Origin: a virus
Taxonomy: Duplodnaviria; Caudoviricetes
Direction: 5' to 3' (one strand)
Length of the DNA: 59,292 bases
IMG/VR virus record: IMGVR_UViG_3300030708_002074
Location: 1-59,292 of that record
Position 1 is the first letter of the stretch, and the number at the start of each line of letters is the position of its first letter. The notes under the pieces were generated by a model. The model ran no database searches. It saw nothing but the letters and a program-made list of their open reading frames with translations, and was not told the origin of the DNA. The position numbers and the translations under genes were made by a program. Below are positions 9,523-18,957 of this stretch, in pieces.

Positions 9523-9679
9523 CGAAGCGGGTAATTACACAAAGCCAACTATGCGTAAGCGGCTCTTTGAACGGATTAAAGCCGGATCAAAAGGGGGGCG
9601 CAGTGGTCAGTGGTCTGCGCGTAAAGCGCAAATGCTCGCAAAGCTTTACAAAGAAAAAGGTGGCGGTTACCGCAATTAG
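9497..9679 (+). CDS. Small basic protein (DUF5872-like, N-terminal half)
   Basis: NYTKPTMRKRLFERIKAGSKGGRSGQWSARKAQMLAKLYKEKGGGY; start set at ATG 9497. Confidence 0.65.
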   Translation: MPKKKSRVNEAGNYTKPTMRKRLFERIKAGSKGGRSGQWSARKAQMLAKLYKEKGGGYRN

Positions 9680-9681
9680 TC

Positions 9682-9954
9682 ATGGCTAGGTTAAGAAAAT
9701 CACAGAAATCATTAAAAGATTGGACTGACCAGAAATGGCGCACCAAGAGCGGTAAAAAGTCTTCTGAAACTGGAGAGCGGTATCTTCCAGAAGCCGCCAT
9801 TAAAAAACTTTCTGCATCTGAATATGCGGCTGGGACAGCTCGAAAGCGTAAAGCAATGCGGTCAGGTAAAGGGCGAGCAAAATACACAGAGGCAGAAAAA
9901 AAAGCTTTTTTGAGTGCTACAAACCGAAGACGTAAAAAAACCAAGAGGAAATAA
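9682..9954 (+). CDS. Small basic protein (DUF5872-like, C-terminal half)
   Basis: QKSLKDWTDQKWRTKSG...RYLPEAAIKKLS. Confidence 0.65.
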   Translation: MARLRKSQKSLKDWTDQKWRTKSGKKSSETGERYLPEAAIKKLSASEYAAGTARKRKAMRSGKGRAKYTEAEKKAFLSATNRRRKKTKRK

Positions 9955-9959
9955 CCACA

Positions 9960-10169
9960 GTGAAAAAAGAAGAGTTTAAACCCCACATGATGTTTGACCC
10001 GAAAACGGGTAAAGGTGTCAAAGCAGATACTTATGAGAAGCACTTGGCGCTAAAGCAAAAAGGTTACGTGCATTCCGCACCTAAGAAAAAAGCGGCTAAG
10101 AAAAAAGCGGCTAAAAGAAAATCTTTTACTGAGAGTGTTGAAAGTAGAATGAAAAAAAGTGGCTACTAA
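9960..10169 (+). CDS. Small Lys-rich hypothetical protein
   Basis: GTG start; contains a KKKAAKKKAAK repeat. Confidence 0.65.
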   Translation: MKKEEFKPHMMFDPKTGKGVKADTYEKHLALKQKGYVHSAPKKKAAKKKAAKRKSFTESVESRMKKSGY

Positions 10170-10452
10170 AAGATTCAAAAGACTACCTTCGGGCAGGATT
10201 AGTTACCACGGGGAAACTTTTCCGGGCTTCAACAAGCCTAAGCGTGCTCCCAAAGGGAGTAAGAAGAAGTTTGTTGTGCTGGCTAAACAAGGGGACAAAG
10301 TGAAGAAAGTGTCATACGGACACAGGGATTACTCAGACTTTACAAAGCACAAGGACCCCAAACGCCGCGCTAACTTCCGCGCTAGGCACAACTGCGCCAC
10401 GGCGAAAGACAAGCTTTCAGCCAGATATTGGGCGTGTAAAAAACTGTGGTGA
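10159..10452 (+). CDS. Small basic phage protein
   Basis: KKFVVLAK...VSYG...DPKRRANFRARHNC...SARYWAC, a motif I recognise from environmental phage proteins. Confidence 0.7.
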   Translation: MATKRFKRLPSGRISYHGETFPGFNKPKRAPKGSKKKFVVLAKQGDKVKKVSYGHRDYSDFTKHKDPKRRANFRARHNCATAKDKLSARYWACKKLW

Positions 10453-10994
10453 TGCCTAGAAAGCTACCCGCCCAATTCAAAAGAGAGCGGAGTAGCAAGT
10501 ATATTGCATTCACACCCACATCGGCTGACATAAAATTAGCTTTTGAGCGAAGTCAGGCTCTTGGGATTCAGCGGAACTCTTTTACCAAAGGGCAAGGCCG
10601 TATGGTTGGCTTTCTTGGGGAGATTGCCTTTGAGTTACTTTTTACAAACGCAGTTTACGTAGGCGACAAATCTTACACACATGACTATACCATTGGTAAA
10701 AAGACCATCGATGTTAAGTCAAAGACTTGCACCACTAAACCCCTGCCACACTACACAGCTAGTGTAAACTGCCCTAAACTTAAGAAGCCACAGGCTGGGT
10801 ATTATTATTTTGTCCGTGTTCTGAAAGACTACTCTAAAGTCTGGATGCTTGGCTGGATAGGCACGCGAACACTGCTACGGGACGCAGAATACAAATTCTG
10901 TGGTGACCCTGATGATTATGGCTTTACCTACAAAGTAGATGGATACCACACGGAGATTAGTAATCTTCGTCCACCTGCCAGTTTTTCAGCCTAG
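10452..10994 (+). CDS. Putative PD-(D/E)xK nuclease-fold protein
   Basis: GFLGEIAF...HDY...TIDVKSK (E...D...DxK). Confidence 0.55.
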   Translation: MPRKLPAQFKRERSSKYIAFTPTSADIKLAFERSQALGIQRNSFTKGQGRMVGFLGEIAFELLFTNAVYVGDKSYTHDYTIGKKTIDVKSKTCTTKPLPHYTASVNCPKLKKPQAGYYYFVRVLKDYSKVWMLGWIGTRTLLRDAEYKFCGDPDDYGFTYKVDGYHTEISNLRPPASFSA

Positions 10995-11172
10995 CGTGCG
11001 TAGCTTTGAGTTTCCTCAAAGCGGATTCAAGTCGGCTTCTCTCTTGGGAATAGTATTCAATTTTTGCTGTGAGCATCGAATAATCTTCTTTAGCAAACAT
11101 TATTCGGGATTCCACAACGTCAATGTCTTCGTATTCCAAGCCGGTTTCGGTAGTGTCTTGCTCAACACTCAT
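10957..11172 (-). CDS. Hypothetical coiled-coil protein
   Basis: 71-aa ORF, last gene of the minus-strand replication operon. Confidence 0.6.
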   Translation of the reverse strand: MSVEQDTTETGLEYEDIDVVESRIMFAKEDYSMLTAKIEYYSQERSRLESALRKLKATHARLKNWQVDEDY

Positions 11173-11180
11173 AATTCTAG

Positions 11181-13334
11181 TTAAGGAGAAGATTTGGAGA
11201 TGTCAAATCTTTCCTCGACGTTAATACTCCATACCTTGCCGCCACCTTTCCCCTTTGAAGCTACTGGCCGTATCCGCACGTTTGCTTTTCCGGCTTCTTC
11301 TAAGGTGGACATCCCCCTTCTTACAAACTCAAGGTTGTTGCTCATACCCACACTCCTTCCGTTGTTCATATCATGCAAGGTCACTTGAAACTCTGTAAGC
11401 GTGCCCTCCCATGTGACTTTGTGCGGGTCAATGTCTCTGCACCTTTTAGAGAATATCTCCACCAGTTCCGCAACTGCCGACCTGCTTGAGTTGTCATATG
11501 CAGCGGACGCTACAGATTCGTCTATGAAACTAGCCACCCCGAACCTTCCGAAATCTTCTACTTCTTGCGGGGGAGTCCAGTCTAGCAACCACTTGCCGAG
11601 ATAGGGTAGTTCTTCTTGGATTGTTTTTTCCAAAGTGACATTAGGTGGGAAATCGCTGGTCGCTCCGTCCCTCACTCGTATCGCCATAAGCTTATCCCTG
11701 TTGCTGCTATCCAGAGAAGGGATTACCGAAAGACTGTTTGCGTCCATGTTTAGGGACAAGATAACGCGCCCAGACCACGGAATTGAGATCGAGTCTGCAT
11801 ATTTAGCCATGTATTCGATTCTAGGGTTGGCTACGGCCCGCTTAATCAGCTCTGTTGCCTTCCTTTGATCCTGAAATGAACTGGCACTTGTGGTGTCATC
11901 AATTACCCACGCGGCCACACGCCCGAGGTCTTTGTTAAATTTAGTGTGCCCTGACAGGTAGTCTGAAGCGTCCGAGAAACCCCCGACCAAACCAGATATC
12001 ACTCTGTTGGAGAGGAGCGATTTGCCCCGCCCCGTTGGCCCGACAAGGATCAATGCCTGTCCTTGATAAGCGTGCTTATCAACTACCGCTATGTAGAACC
12101 TCTTTAACCAAGCAAAGAAATAGTCGATGGTTGGTTGTGGTGTAGAGTTCTCAAACAACTGGTGGAGCCATTGATGGAGGAACGGCCAGTTCTTTGGGTC
12201 GCCATCCGAAGCAGGTGCAACAGGCTCAATAGTTGAGGTATTAAGAATCCTGTTGCCGTTGCATTCAACTATTCTGTCTTTTGAGAATATTACTGGGGCT
12301 ATCTCAGTTATCCTATTCTGGTTACTAATCACCAGCATAGCAGCCTCTACTTCCGAGAGTGTTTGCCCTTTCTTAAGTCTGGTTGAAAACCCGAACTGCC
12401 GCAGCTCAAGTATTAGTTGTTCGCGGGGGATTTGAACTGCCGTGTTCTGTAGCAGTTTAAAGAACGTCTTCCCGTTAAACCAATACTCATCAAGAAGGTT
12501 CCCCATTTTCTGCTGTTCATAGTCCTCAACGAAACTTGATCCAAATATTTCTCTCCAGCTCAAGAACCCTTTACCCGCTCTGTCTGAGTAACAGATCATA
12601 CCGTCCTCAGACACCTGACAACCTTCCCTGTCGATACCATCATCAACCCAAAACAACGGTCCTCTCATACCAACCTCAAATTCCCCCATCCACCTATTAG
12701 GGAACCTGTTCTCTACTTCAGCGGCTATGACTTCGATTGGGATGGATGTGTCTGTAGTTTGTGGGGCTTTGCTTGATGCCGCTTTCAATAGGGCTGTTTG
12801 GGTGACAGAAGAATCTAATGGCGCAGACATCTTTACCCAGTTCTCACCTAGTTCAAAATACTGAGCTGCCTTCAAAGAGCTACTGTCAAAACCAGCTAAG
12901 ACTTTTTGAAGTTTCAGTGTTTGTTTCATGTTGTTCATGAAGGCATCAAACAACTGCGGGGAAATAGGCAACCCTTCTTCAAATTCCCATACGAGGCGTA
13001 TGTATCCTGATTGTGTTTTAGACCGCCAAGTTGGGAGGAGTGTCCCACAAGCAATTCCAATATCGGTATCAACGGTTGCCCACTTAACAGGCGCATCGTA
13101 GTCCGCTACCACACCGTAAATTATATTAGGTGGATTGTGCCCAGAGATTCTTTCTGCTGGTGCGTCACCTTCAACAAGGCTGTAGAAAACATGATCAGTT
13201 GTCTTGGCAGCACACCATGTTCTGAAGTCTGCTTTGTTCGCAAACTTGGGTTTTACTTTTTGTATTACAGATACGTCATGGGTCTTGTGTGCTGCATTGT
13301 CTCTCAGGTTCTTTATGTATCTGTATTTAATCAT
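11181..13334 (-). CDS. Primase-helicase (AEP-like N-terminus, SF3/D5-like NTPase C-terminus)
   Basis: VVADYD and SKTQSGYIRLVW primase-like motifs; Walker A GPTGRGKS, Walker B WVIDD, motif C ILSLN. Confidence 0.8.
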   Translation of the reverse strand: MIKYRYIKNLRDNAAHKTHDVSVIQKVKPKFANKADFRTWCAAKTTDHVFYSLVEGDAPAERISGHNPPNIIYGVVADYDAPVKWATVDTDIGIACGTLLPTWRSKTQSGYIRLVWEFEEGLPISPQLFDAFMNNMKQTLKLQKVLAGFDSSSLKAAQYFELGENWVKMSAPLDSSVTQTALLKAASSKAPQTTDTSIPIEVIAAEVENRFPNRWMGEFEVGMRGPLFWVDDGIDREGCQVSEDGMICYSDRAGKGFLSWREIFGSSFVEDYEQQKMGNLLDEYWFNGKTFFKLLQNTAVQIPREQLILELRQFGFSTRLKKGQTLSEVEAAMLVISNQNRITEIAPVIFSKDRIVECNGNRILNTSTIEPVAPASDGDPKNWPFLHQWLHQLFENSTPQPTIDYFFAWLKRFYIAVVDKHAYQGQALILVGPTGRGKSLLSNRVISGLVGGFSDASDYLSGHTKFNKDLGRVAAWVIDDTTSASSFQDQRKATELIKRAVANPRIEYMAKYADSISIPWSGRVILSLNMDANSLSVIPSLDSSNRDKLMAIRVRDGATSDFPPNVTLEKTIQEELPYLGKWLLDWTPPQEVEDFGRFGVASFIDESVASAAYDNSSRSAVAELVEIFSKRCRDIDPHKVTWEGTLTEFQVTLHDMNNGRSVGMSNNLEFVRRGMSTLEEAGKANVRIRPVASKGKGGGKVWSINVEERFDISKSSP

Positions 13335-15076
13335 TTTTCATATCGTTGTATTATTGATCCTTCTGCTTCCAGAGGAAGATCGATCCACTCAGGTGGCTTG
13401 CTCATCATCTGAACAATATCTTTGTAAACTTCTTCGGCATCATTCTCGTTAGCTTGAACAACTAACTCATCATGGACATGGAATACTATGGTATGTCCTG
13501 CGGCGGCAACACGCAGCATCATGTCACTAAATATATCCCTCGCTAAAGCTTGAGAAGCATTTTCGGCAACCAGTCCTCCCCACAGTTTGATTGGAACCTT
13601 TTTTCCATTTCTTGGCATCATGGCCACCATGTTTGCTTCTTCCGCTTTGATGCGCCCGTAGTCCAGTGTTCGTCCACTGGGGAGATCCACTGTGAATGAT
13701 TTTTTCATTGAACACGCTGTTGCAATGTCCGAGCTATATTTAGCCCACAACTTAGTAACACTGGGCATAGATCTCCGATAAACATCTACGGATACATCTG
13801 CTTCTTTTGCCGTCATCCCGCTCATTTCTTTGAAGCGTTTTTTCCCAGCACCGTAACCACACCCAAGAACCATCTGTTTCACCTTGTGCCTGAGAGCAGG
13901 GTCTTTTTCTTTTAACACCCCACGGTCGTGGTCCCATACATTGAAGCGAATTGCGAATGCTTCGTAGATGTCATCCACGTTGGCAATCTCCTGTAGCATT
14001 CCAATATCCCCCGCCAGCCAACACAAGGTGCGAACTTCAATCTGACTTAGGTCTACTACGACTAACTTTTCCCCTTCTGGCGCTGCAATCAAATGCCGCA
14101 AGTTCACACCAAACATCTCACTGCGGGGGAGGTTCTGGAGGTTTAAGTTCCCACCCGATCCACTGAAGCGTCCAGTATGCGCCCCGAAATACATGATGCC
14201 TCCGTAGAATCTCTTATCGGGCATCGTTGCGTAATCAAAAGATTGTATTTTCTTTTTAAGGGCATTGATGCGCCGCCAGTTTTTCACTGCGGATACCCAC
14301 GGATGATCTTTAGAATTCTCATCAATCCACTTTTGAGACTCTTCGTTTGTTGCAGCCAGACTAGCTGGCGGCTCCAGCCCAACTTCCCTACATGCGTCGT
14401 TGAATGCTGCTCGACTCAAAAGTGGCCTGTCCCCATTCCAAGGGATTGATTTCTCGACCCGAAACAACTCCTCTTGGATGACCTCCAACTGCACCTTCAC
14501 CAGTTCAATGTCGATAGGCACTCCTGTCTGAACGATCTCCCTGTTCAGCTTGCTGATGTTCCGTTCTATTTCTGGCCATTGCCTACTGTGTTTGAGCCAG
14601 AGCTTCAGACATAGTTCCGAATCTTTCAGAGCATATTCCAGAACTTCCTTTTGAAGTTCAGGCTTCATCTTTTCCCACCGCTTACCGGACATGCGGTCAC
14701 GGGTGGTTTTGACAACAGGCTCGCCTAGCGATTCTTCTGATGCGCCTTTAAGTGAGCGAGGCAACCTGCAATACGCTGCCATATCCGCTGTGCAATACCA
14801 TGCGTGCGGCGTGACCTCCGGCCACCACTCTTGCTTAACTCCATATAGATATAGGGTCTCATCGAAAGATGCGTTATGTGAAAGGACAATATTACCGTTA
14901 AGCAGATCCCATTGAAAGAAATCAGGATGCCCGACAAACTTTGTCCCATCTGTCCCGACTACTGAAACCATGTAGGCTTCAAAGTCTGGGTGTGAAAAAT
15001 AACCTAAAGACCCAAGGTTCTTTATCGAGCAGGTCTTGTCGTAGTATGTCTCAAAGTCTAATGCGTAAATATCCAC
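13331..15076 (-). CDS. polA: DNA polymerase, family A (3'-5' exonuclease plus polymerase)
   Basis: LDFET, HNASFD, YALKD exonuclease motifs; HTGRFSG, DLSQIEVR (A), RHKVKQMVLGCGYG (B), HVHDEL (C). True start is probably GTG 15076 or 15082, because the longer ORF runs through a terminator. Confidence 0.92.
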   Translation of the reverse strand: MDIYALDFETYYDKTCSIKNLGSLGYFSHPDFEAYMVSVVGTDGTKFVGHPDFFQWDLLNGNIVLSHNASFDETLYLYGVKQEWWPEVTPHAWYCTADMAAYCRLPRSLKGASEESLGEPVVKTTRDRMSGKRWEKMKPELQKEVLEYALKDSELCLKLWLKHSRQWPEIERNISKLNREIVQTGVPIDIELVKVQLEVIQEELFRVEKSIPWNGDRPLLSRAAFNDACREVGLEPPASLAATNEESQKWIDENSKDHPWVSAVKNWRRINALKKKIQSFDYATMPDKRFYGGIMYFGAHTGRFSGSGGNLNLQNLPRSEMFGVNLRHLIAAPEGEKLVVVDLSQIEVRTLCWLAGDIGMLQEIANVDDIYEAFAIRFNVWDHDRGVLKEKDPALRHKVKQMVLGCGYGAGKKRFKEMSGMTAKEADVSVDVYRRSMPSVTKLWAKYSSDIATACSMKKSFTVDLPSGRTLDYGRIKAEEANMVAMMPRNGKKVPIKLWGGLVAENASQALARDIFSDMMLRVAAAGHTIVFHVHDELVVQANENDAEEVYKDIVQMMSKPPEWIDLPLEAEGSIIQRYEK

Positions 15077-15082
15077 AGGCAC

Positions 15083-15122
15083 AAAAAACCCCACTCCCGA
15101 GTGATGGATCAGGAGTGGGGTT
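15083..15122 (-). terminator. Intrinsic terminator directly upstream of the polA start
   Basis: Stem AACCCCACTCC/GGAGTGGGGTT with a T6 run on the minus strand. Confidence 0.7.
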
Positions 15123-15170
15123 AGGTAGCGGGTGTGGGAGAATGAACAAAAAACCCACACACCCAAAGTT

Positions 15171-15464
15171 TCACTCCTCAAACTGCACGAACGGATCGTT
15201 GGCAGGATCAGTCGCATCCACCGTTGCAGCTTCAGCAAAACTATACTGAGTCTGTTCAGGGGTGTGCTTGAGTCCCAACTCAAACGTCTCCTTCATCACT
15301 ACAAGATTAACCTTCGCGGTTTCTGCCTTGTCGATCTGAATATCAAGTTCGTTGATTGCTAAAGCCAATTTGTGAATTTCTTCTTTAATCAACTCACGGC
15401 GGGGGTCCGCTTCAGCGACTACGCCACCTGCCTCAACTTTAGCCTTACTTTTTTTCTTAGCCAT
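15171..15464 (-). CDS. Hypothetical coiled-coil protein
   Basis: 97-aa ORF in the replication operon. Confidence 0.65.
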   Translation of the reverse strand: MAKKKSKAKVEAGGVVAEADPRRELIKEEIHKLALAINELDIQIDKAETAKVNLVVMKETFELGLKHTPEQTQYSFAEAATVDATDPANDPFVQFEE

Positions 15465-15470
15465 AGGTGG

Positions 15471-16124
15471 TTAACCTTTTCTAAAGTTTTCGATAAACTT
15501 TACTACCTCCTTGGGCACCGTGTCTTCCGTATCTTGCACGGTAAGGCTGGGGGCAAAGTAGGTGACCTTGCCCTCGATCTTCACAGGGGTAAGCTCCCAG
15601 AAAACACCGTAGTATGGTTCATCCACTCGCGTGCTCATATGCGTGATAAGCCGCTTATAAGTATTTTTATAAGCTACCTTAGCCACGTTCATCGTGCCGA
15701 TCGCATACTTAGTTTTGCCGATCTTAAAAGGGAACGCACCACCCCCCTTTACATCTTCCGGCTCTGGGAACATGAGGGTAACATTAGCGAACTCGATCAA
15801 CGGATACTCTGTATCTGCCTTCAAGAGTGCAAGGTCTTCTTCCGTGTATACGGAGCGTGCCATCTCCCCGACCCCAAAAGGTTTGTCCTCACGAAAGCCT
15901 TTGACTCCTGAAACTGGAATTGCCGTGATGGGGCAATCAAGCTCAGTCAAGACATGCCTTTTATCGAGAACCACACTGCCGTGAGGGGCTTCTATCTGGG
16001 ATACCGACTGAACCACATTAAGTCGTGGGATATCGATGTCTTGTGCTGTGGGTTCAAACCCCCCAACGATAGGGGTGATTTCTGCGGGGGCTTCTTCTGC
16101 TGCAATAATATCTGTTTCGCTCAT
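15471..16124 (-). CDS. Putative single-stranded DNA-binding / annealing protein
   Basis: DIDIPRLNVVQSVS N-terminal motif, beta-rich body, position between nuclease and PolA. Start moved to ATG 16124 to remove the overlap. Confidence 0.5.
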   Translation of the reverse strand: MSETDIIAAEEAPAEITPIVGGFEPTAQDIDIPRLNVVQSVSQIEAPHGSVVLDKRHVLTELDCPITAIPVSGVKGFREDKPFGVGEMARSVYTEEDLALLKADTEYPLIEFANVTLMFPEPEDVKGGGAFPFKIGKTKYAIGTMNVAKVAYKNTYKRLITHMSTRVDEPYYGVFWELTPVKIEGKVTYFAPSLTVQDTEDTVPKEVVKFIENFRKG

Positions 16125-16144
16125 TTCTTGTAACAATGTAACAT

Positions 16145-17260
16145 TTACTTCTCCGAAAGGGTCCACCTCTCTGGAGTGCGGGTGATAATGTCTTGATCTT
16201 CGCAAGCGTCAAGAAATTCTTCCACATTTTTTCCTTTCCCCTGTTTTTTAGCTACGAGCTTAGAGATTTTTGTGACGCTCAGTGATGCTTCTGCAAGGAG
16301 ATCCTGTTCAGTAATCCCGTGCTGTTTGGCTAACTCGATCATCCCTTGGTTGTCAGATACCTTTCGAGATGAACCCATAGACCGTAGAGTGAACTGATTG
16401 TATTCAGCCCCCTCTTTTGCAACCTCGATTGCCTTCTTGCGAATCATATCCGCCCACTTTGAGAGCACAGCACTGACCGCAAACATCTTCTCAAGCTCCA
16501 CGGGGTCATCGACTTTGCCTACATCGAATTGTGGGAGGTCCGCATCAAGTTGTTCCGCAACTTGCTTTGCTAATCCACCAAGAGCAGGACACCGTTCTTC
16601 GTGGCGACAAAAACCACAAACAGCAGTGGGCTTAAGAGCTTTCCTTTCTGGGGTTCCACTGTCCCATTTTGGGCGTGAGATTTGCGCGGACTTAATCACT
16701 CCAGTGATTGCTGCTTGTAAAGCGAGAGTGTCCTTTCGTTTAAATGTGTGGTGGAGGGTAGCCGATCTCTGTGGAACGTAGAACACAAACGTGATTTGCG
16801 TAAGATCTGGGAACCGTTGGAACGCACCGATTGTGTATGCCCAAGCTTGCCAGTTACATTCTGGAGAATCAATTTTTGATACCCCCGTTTTGTAATCAGC
16901 CATAACCGCTGTCCCGTTATTGAAAATTGTCAGGCGGTCGCATGTCCCCCATGTAAGCACGCCATCGTTGAGTTGGATGTCCAACGCAATCTCCATGTGA
17001 TCTTCCTCAACTTCGTCCTTCCCTTGTGCAATTCGCAGGAACTCGTCCTCCTCCTCTACGATCTGCTGATAGATATCTACCTCGTCGGCACCTCTAAGCG
17101 CAGAAGGGTCTCTTACTTCAAGAGCCTCATGGATTCGCGTCCCCTTTTCAGCCGCTTGCGAAGTTCCATCCTTGCCGTGATACCCACTACAGGTTGCTAA
17201 ATACTTCAGTGCTGATGGGGAAAATTCGGCGTGGTCTCTGTCTGCGTGTTGAGGTTGCAT
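16145..17260 (-). CDS. Cas4-like / DUF2800-type PD-(D/E)xK exonuclease
   Basis: FSPSA...C, GTRIHEALE, WGTCDRL, ADYKTG, QAWAY, CGFC...CP. Confidence 0.8.
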   Translation of the reverse strand: MQPQHADRDHAEFSPSALKYLATCSGYHGKDGTSQAAEKGTRIHEALEVRDPSALRGADEVDIYQQIVEEEDEFLRIAQGKDEVEEDHMEIALDIQLNDGVLTWGTCDRLTIFNNGTAVMADYKTGVSKIDSPECNWQAWAYTIGAFQRFPDLTQITFVFYVPQRSATLHHTFKRKDTLALQAAITGVIKSAQISRPKWDSGTPERKALKPTAVCGFCRHEERCPALGGLAKQVAEQLDADLPQFDVGKVDDPVELEKMFAVSAVLSKWADMIRKKAIEVAKEGAEYNQFTLRSMGSSRKVSDNQGMIELAKQHGITEQDLLAEASLSVTKISKLVAKKQGKGKNVEEFLDACEDQDIITRTPERWTLSEK

Positions 17261-17268
17261 ACCCCCAT

Positions 17269-17760
17269 TTACAAACTCTTTGCTCGTTTAGTCAAACAGT
17301 AACGTGCAATCAGGAAAGCGTCGATCATCCCATCATCTGGAGTCCTGCACCGCTTATTACGTAGCCAATTCTCCTCTGGAGCCATTGTTTGGGCCATATG
17401 TAAAGCTGCTTGTTTACTTTTGCCTTTAGCAACAGGCCCCAACATTTCTTTCTGCCATTTGTGAACTGAGACCCTGCTGACCGTGTATCCGCAACATTCG
17501 GCCATGCCCATGAGTTTACCAAAACTAAGCGCCATAGATCGGACGGCTTGCGAACTTTTTGCAAAGCCGAGTGGCTCCTCAACAGCAAGAATGAAACTTG
17601 AGTTCAGAGAACCCAGCCACGCTTTGATTTTTGACGCATCGATTTCAGTTTTCTTTGATCGGTGCATCGTGGGCATTGAGCACTTGGCAAGGATGTTCCC
17701 ATCTGGCTCAGATATGGCGCAGAGACCCCCTTTCAAACCGTTGTCAATCCCTACAATCAA
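17269..17760 (-). CDS. RuvC-like Holliday junction resolvase
   Basis: IVGIDNGLKGG, AVEE, W(Q)K, DGMIDAFLIA. Confidence 0.85.
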   Translation of the reverse strand: MIVGIDNGLKGGLCAISEPDGNILAKCSMPTMHRSKKTEIDASKIKAWLGSLNSSFILAVEEPLGFAKSSQAVRSMALSFGKLMGMAECCGYTVSRVSVHKWQKEMLGPVAKGKSKQAALHMAQTMAPEENWLRNKRCRTPDDGMIDAFLIARYCLTKRAKSL

Positions 17761-17993
17761 AGCGCGTGCGCTGAAATTATTATTCCGTCTCCGTGAGCGG
17801 GTGTGAAGTAGTCGTAACCTTTTTGCAATGACCGCAGGTAAAAGACATCCTTCGTAGTTTCTGGGATCACACGGTAAAATTTCCCAACCCGTTCCTGAAC
17901 GACGAAATGAAATTCGTTCTTTGTGCTACTGTCTTTTCGCACAAGAACTTTTGGGTTGTGCTCAACCACCCTGTTTTCAAAAAAGTTACTCAT
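17757..17993 (-). CDS. Hypothetical protein
   Basis: 78-aa ORF overlapping both neighbours. Confidence 0.6.
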   Translation of the reverse strand: MSNFFENRVVEHNPKVLVRKDSSTKNEFHFVVQERVGKFYRVIPETTKDVFYLRSLQKGYDYFTPAHGDGIIISAHAL

Positions 17994-18348
17994 CGATAAT
18001 ACTTGAATCGAGGAAACACGGTGTATCTGGACCCAAATCTGTTTGCATCAACTGTTGCAAAGCCATCCCAGCTTGCTCTTCTGTAAGTCCGTGTTTTTTC
18101 TTTAGCAACGCAATCGTCATACTAGAAGAATAGCACGCAATAGATGGGTGTTGCGGGTGCTCCACAACGCCAAGCAGAGCTTCTTTTAGTTCTTCAAATA
18201 GGACCAGTGTCCTCGTTGATTCATCGTTTTCATCATCAAACCCCATATCTAGTTTTACCCCTACTTGCCGAGTAGCATAAGGGTCGTCTAGTGGGTTATA
18301 ATTAAACCCCTCTGAATCAAAGTTGTTGATCATTTGGTTCAATATCAA
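17986..18348 (-). CDS. Hypothetical protein
   Basis: ~115-120-aa ORF in the operon; the start may be ATG 18333. Confidence 0.6.
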   Translation of the reverse strand: MILNQMINNFDSEGFNYNPLDDPYATRQVGVKLDMGFDDENDESTRTLVLFEELKEALLGVVEHPQHPSIACYSSSMTIALLKKKHGLTEEQAGMALQQLMQTDLGPDTPCFLDSSIIDE

Positions 18349-18934
18349 TCACTGGTTGCACGCTCCCCCCACCTTTATCTGCTTTTGAATTATTTAGGAT
18401 TGAAATGTCTATCTGCATTTTGCTGTTACCTCCCGATTTCGCACCAAGGCCGAGACTGCGCCTGATTATCTGATCCAGTTGATCAAGATCTTTGACTGTT
18501 TTTGGACCGCGCAAGTTTTTGATATTATCGCGCATGAGCTTGATTCCTTGAGCTGCGATGTAATGCTGGTATTGTTCAGCCGGTGTCGCTTGGTTTTCCG
18601 CAATCTCTAAGATCGTTCGGTCTTCTTCAGTGCGAGCGTCATGTTGGGCACTCAAGATAGCTTCTCTAGTTCGCTTATCTAAGTTGTCCTCTAAGTCTTT
18701 AGCTAGCTCATCGGCATCAAACTCAACATTAGCTTCAGGACTAACTTCTACAGGCTTTTCGTAAGCCATCCCTTTTTGATTCTTTCGTGGTGGTAGTCCT
18801 AGTTTTTTAAACCACCTGCGGACTGTCCCTGAATGGACCCCCAGTTCTTTCGCAATGGCCACGGTTTTCCAGTCAGCGTGATACATTTTCAACGCCCTGT
18901 CCTGTAAAGTTTCTTTCGGTTTGTCAGGCAACAC
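18317..18934 (-). CDS. HTH protein, candidate terminase small subunit or regulator
   Basis: N-terminal HTH (TVAIAKELGVHSGTVRRW), helical core; head-to-head with terL. Confidence 0.55.
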   Translation of the reverse strand: MLPDKPKETLQDRALKMYHADWKTVAIAKELGVHSGTVRRWFKKLGLPPRKNQKGMAYEKPVEVSPEANVEFDADELAKDLEDNLDKRTREAILSAQHDARTEEDRTILEIAENQATPAEQYQHYIAAQGIKLMRDNIKNLRGPKTVKDLDQLDQIIRRSLGLGAKSGGNSKMQIDISILNNSKADKGGGSVQPVIDIEPNDQQL

Positions 18935-18949
18935 AGTTTTTACTAAATT
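18921..18949 (+). promoter_or_regulatory. sigma70-type promoter for terL
   Basis: TTGTCA-17 nt-TAAATT, 11 nt before ATG 18961. Confidence 0.55.
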
Positions 18950-18957
18950 ACTTAAGT

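Noticed and set aside
15077-15283. Extended PolA N-terminus in the ORF track
   Set aside because: It overlaps the upstream gene and crosses a terminator; the exonuclease motif begins right after GTG 15076.
16145-17260. Cas4-like gene as part of a CRISPR system
   Set aside because: It lies in a standard nuclease-SSB-PolA phage replication operon.
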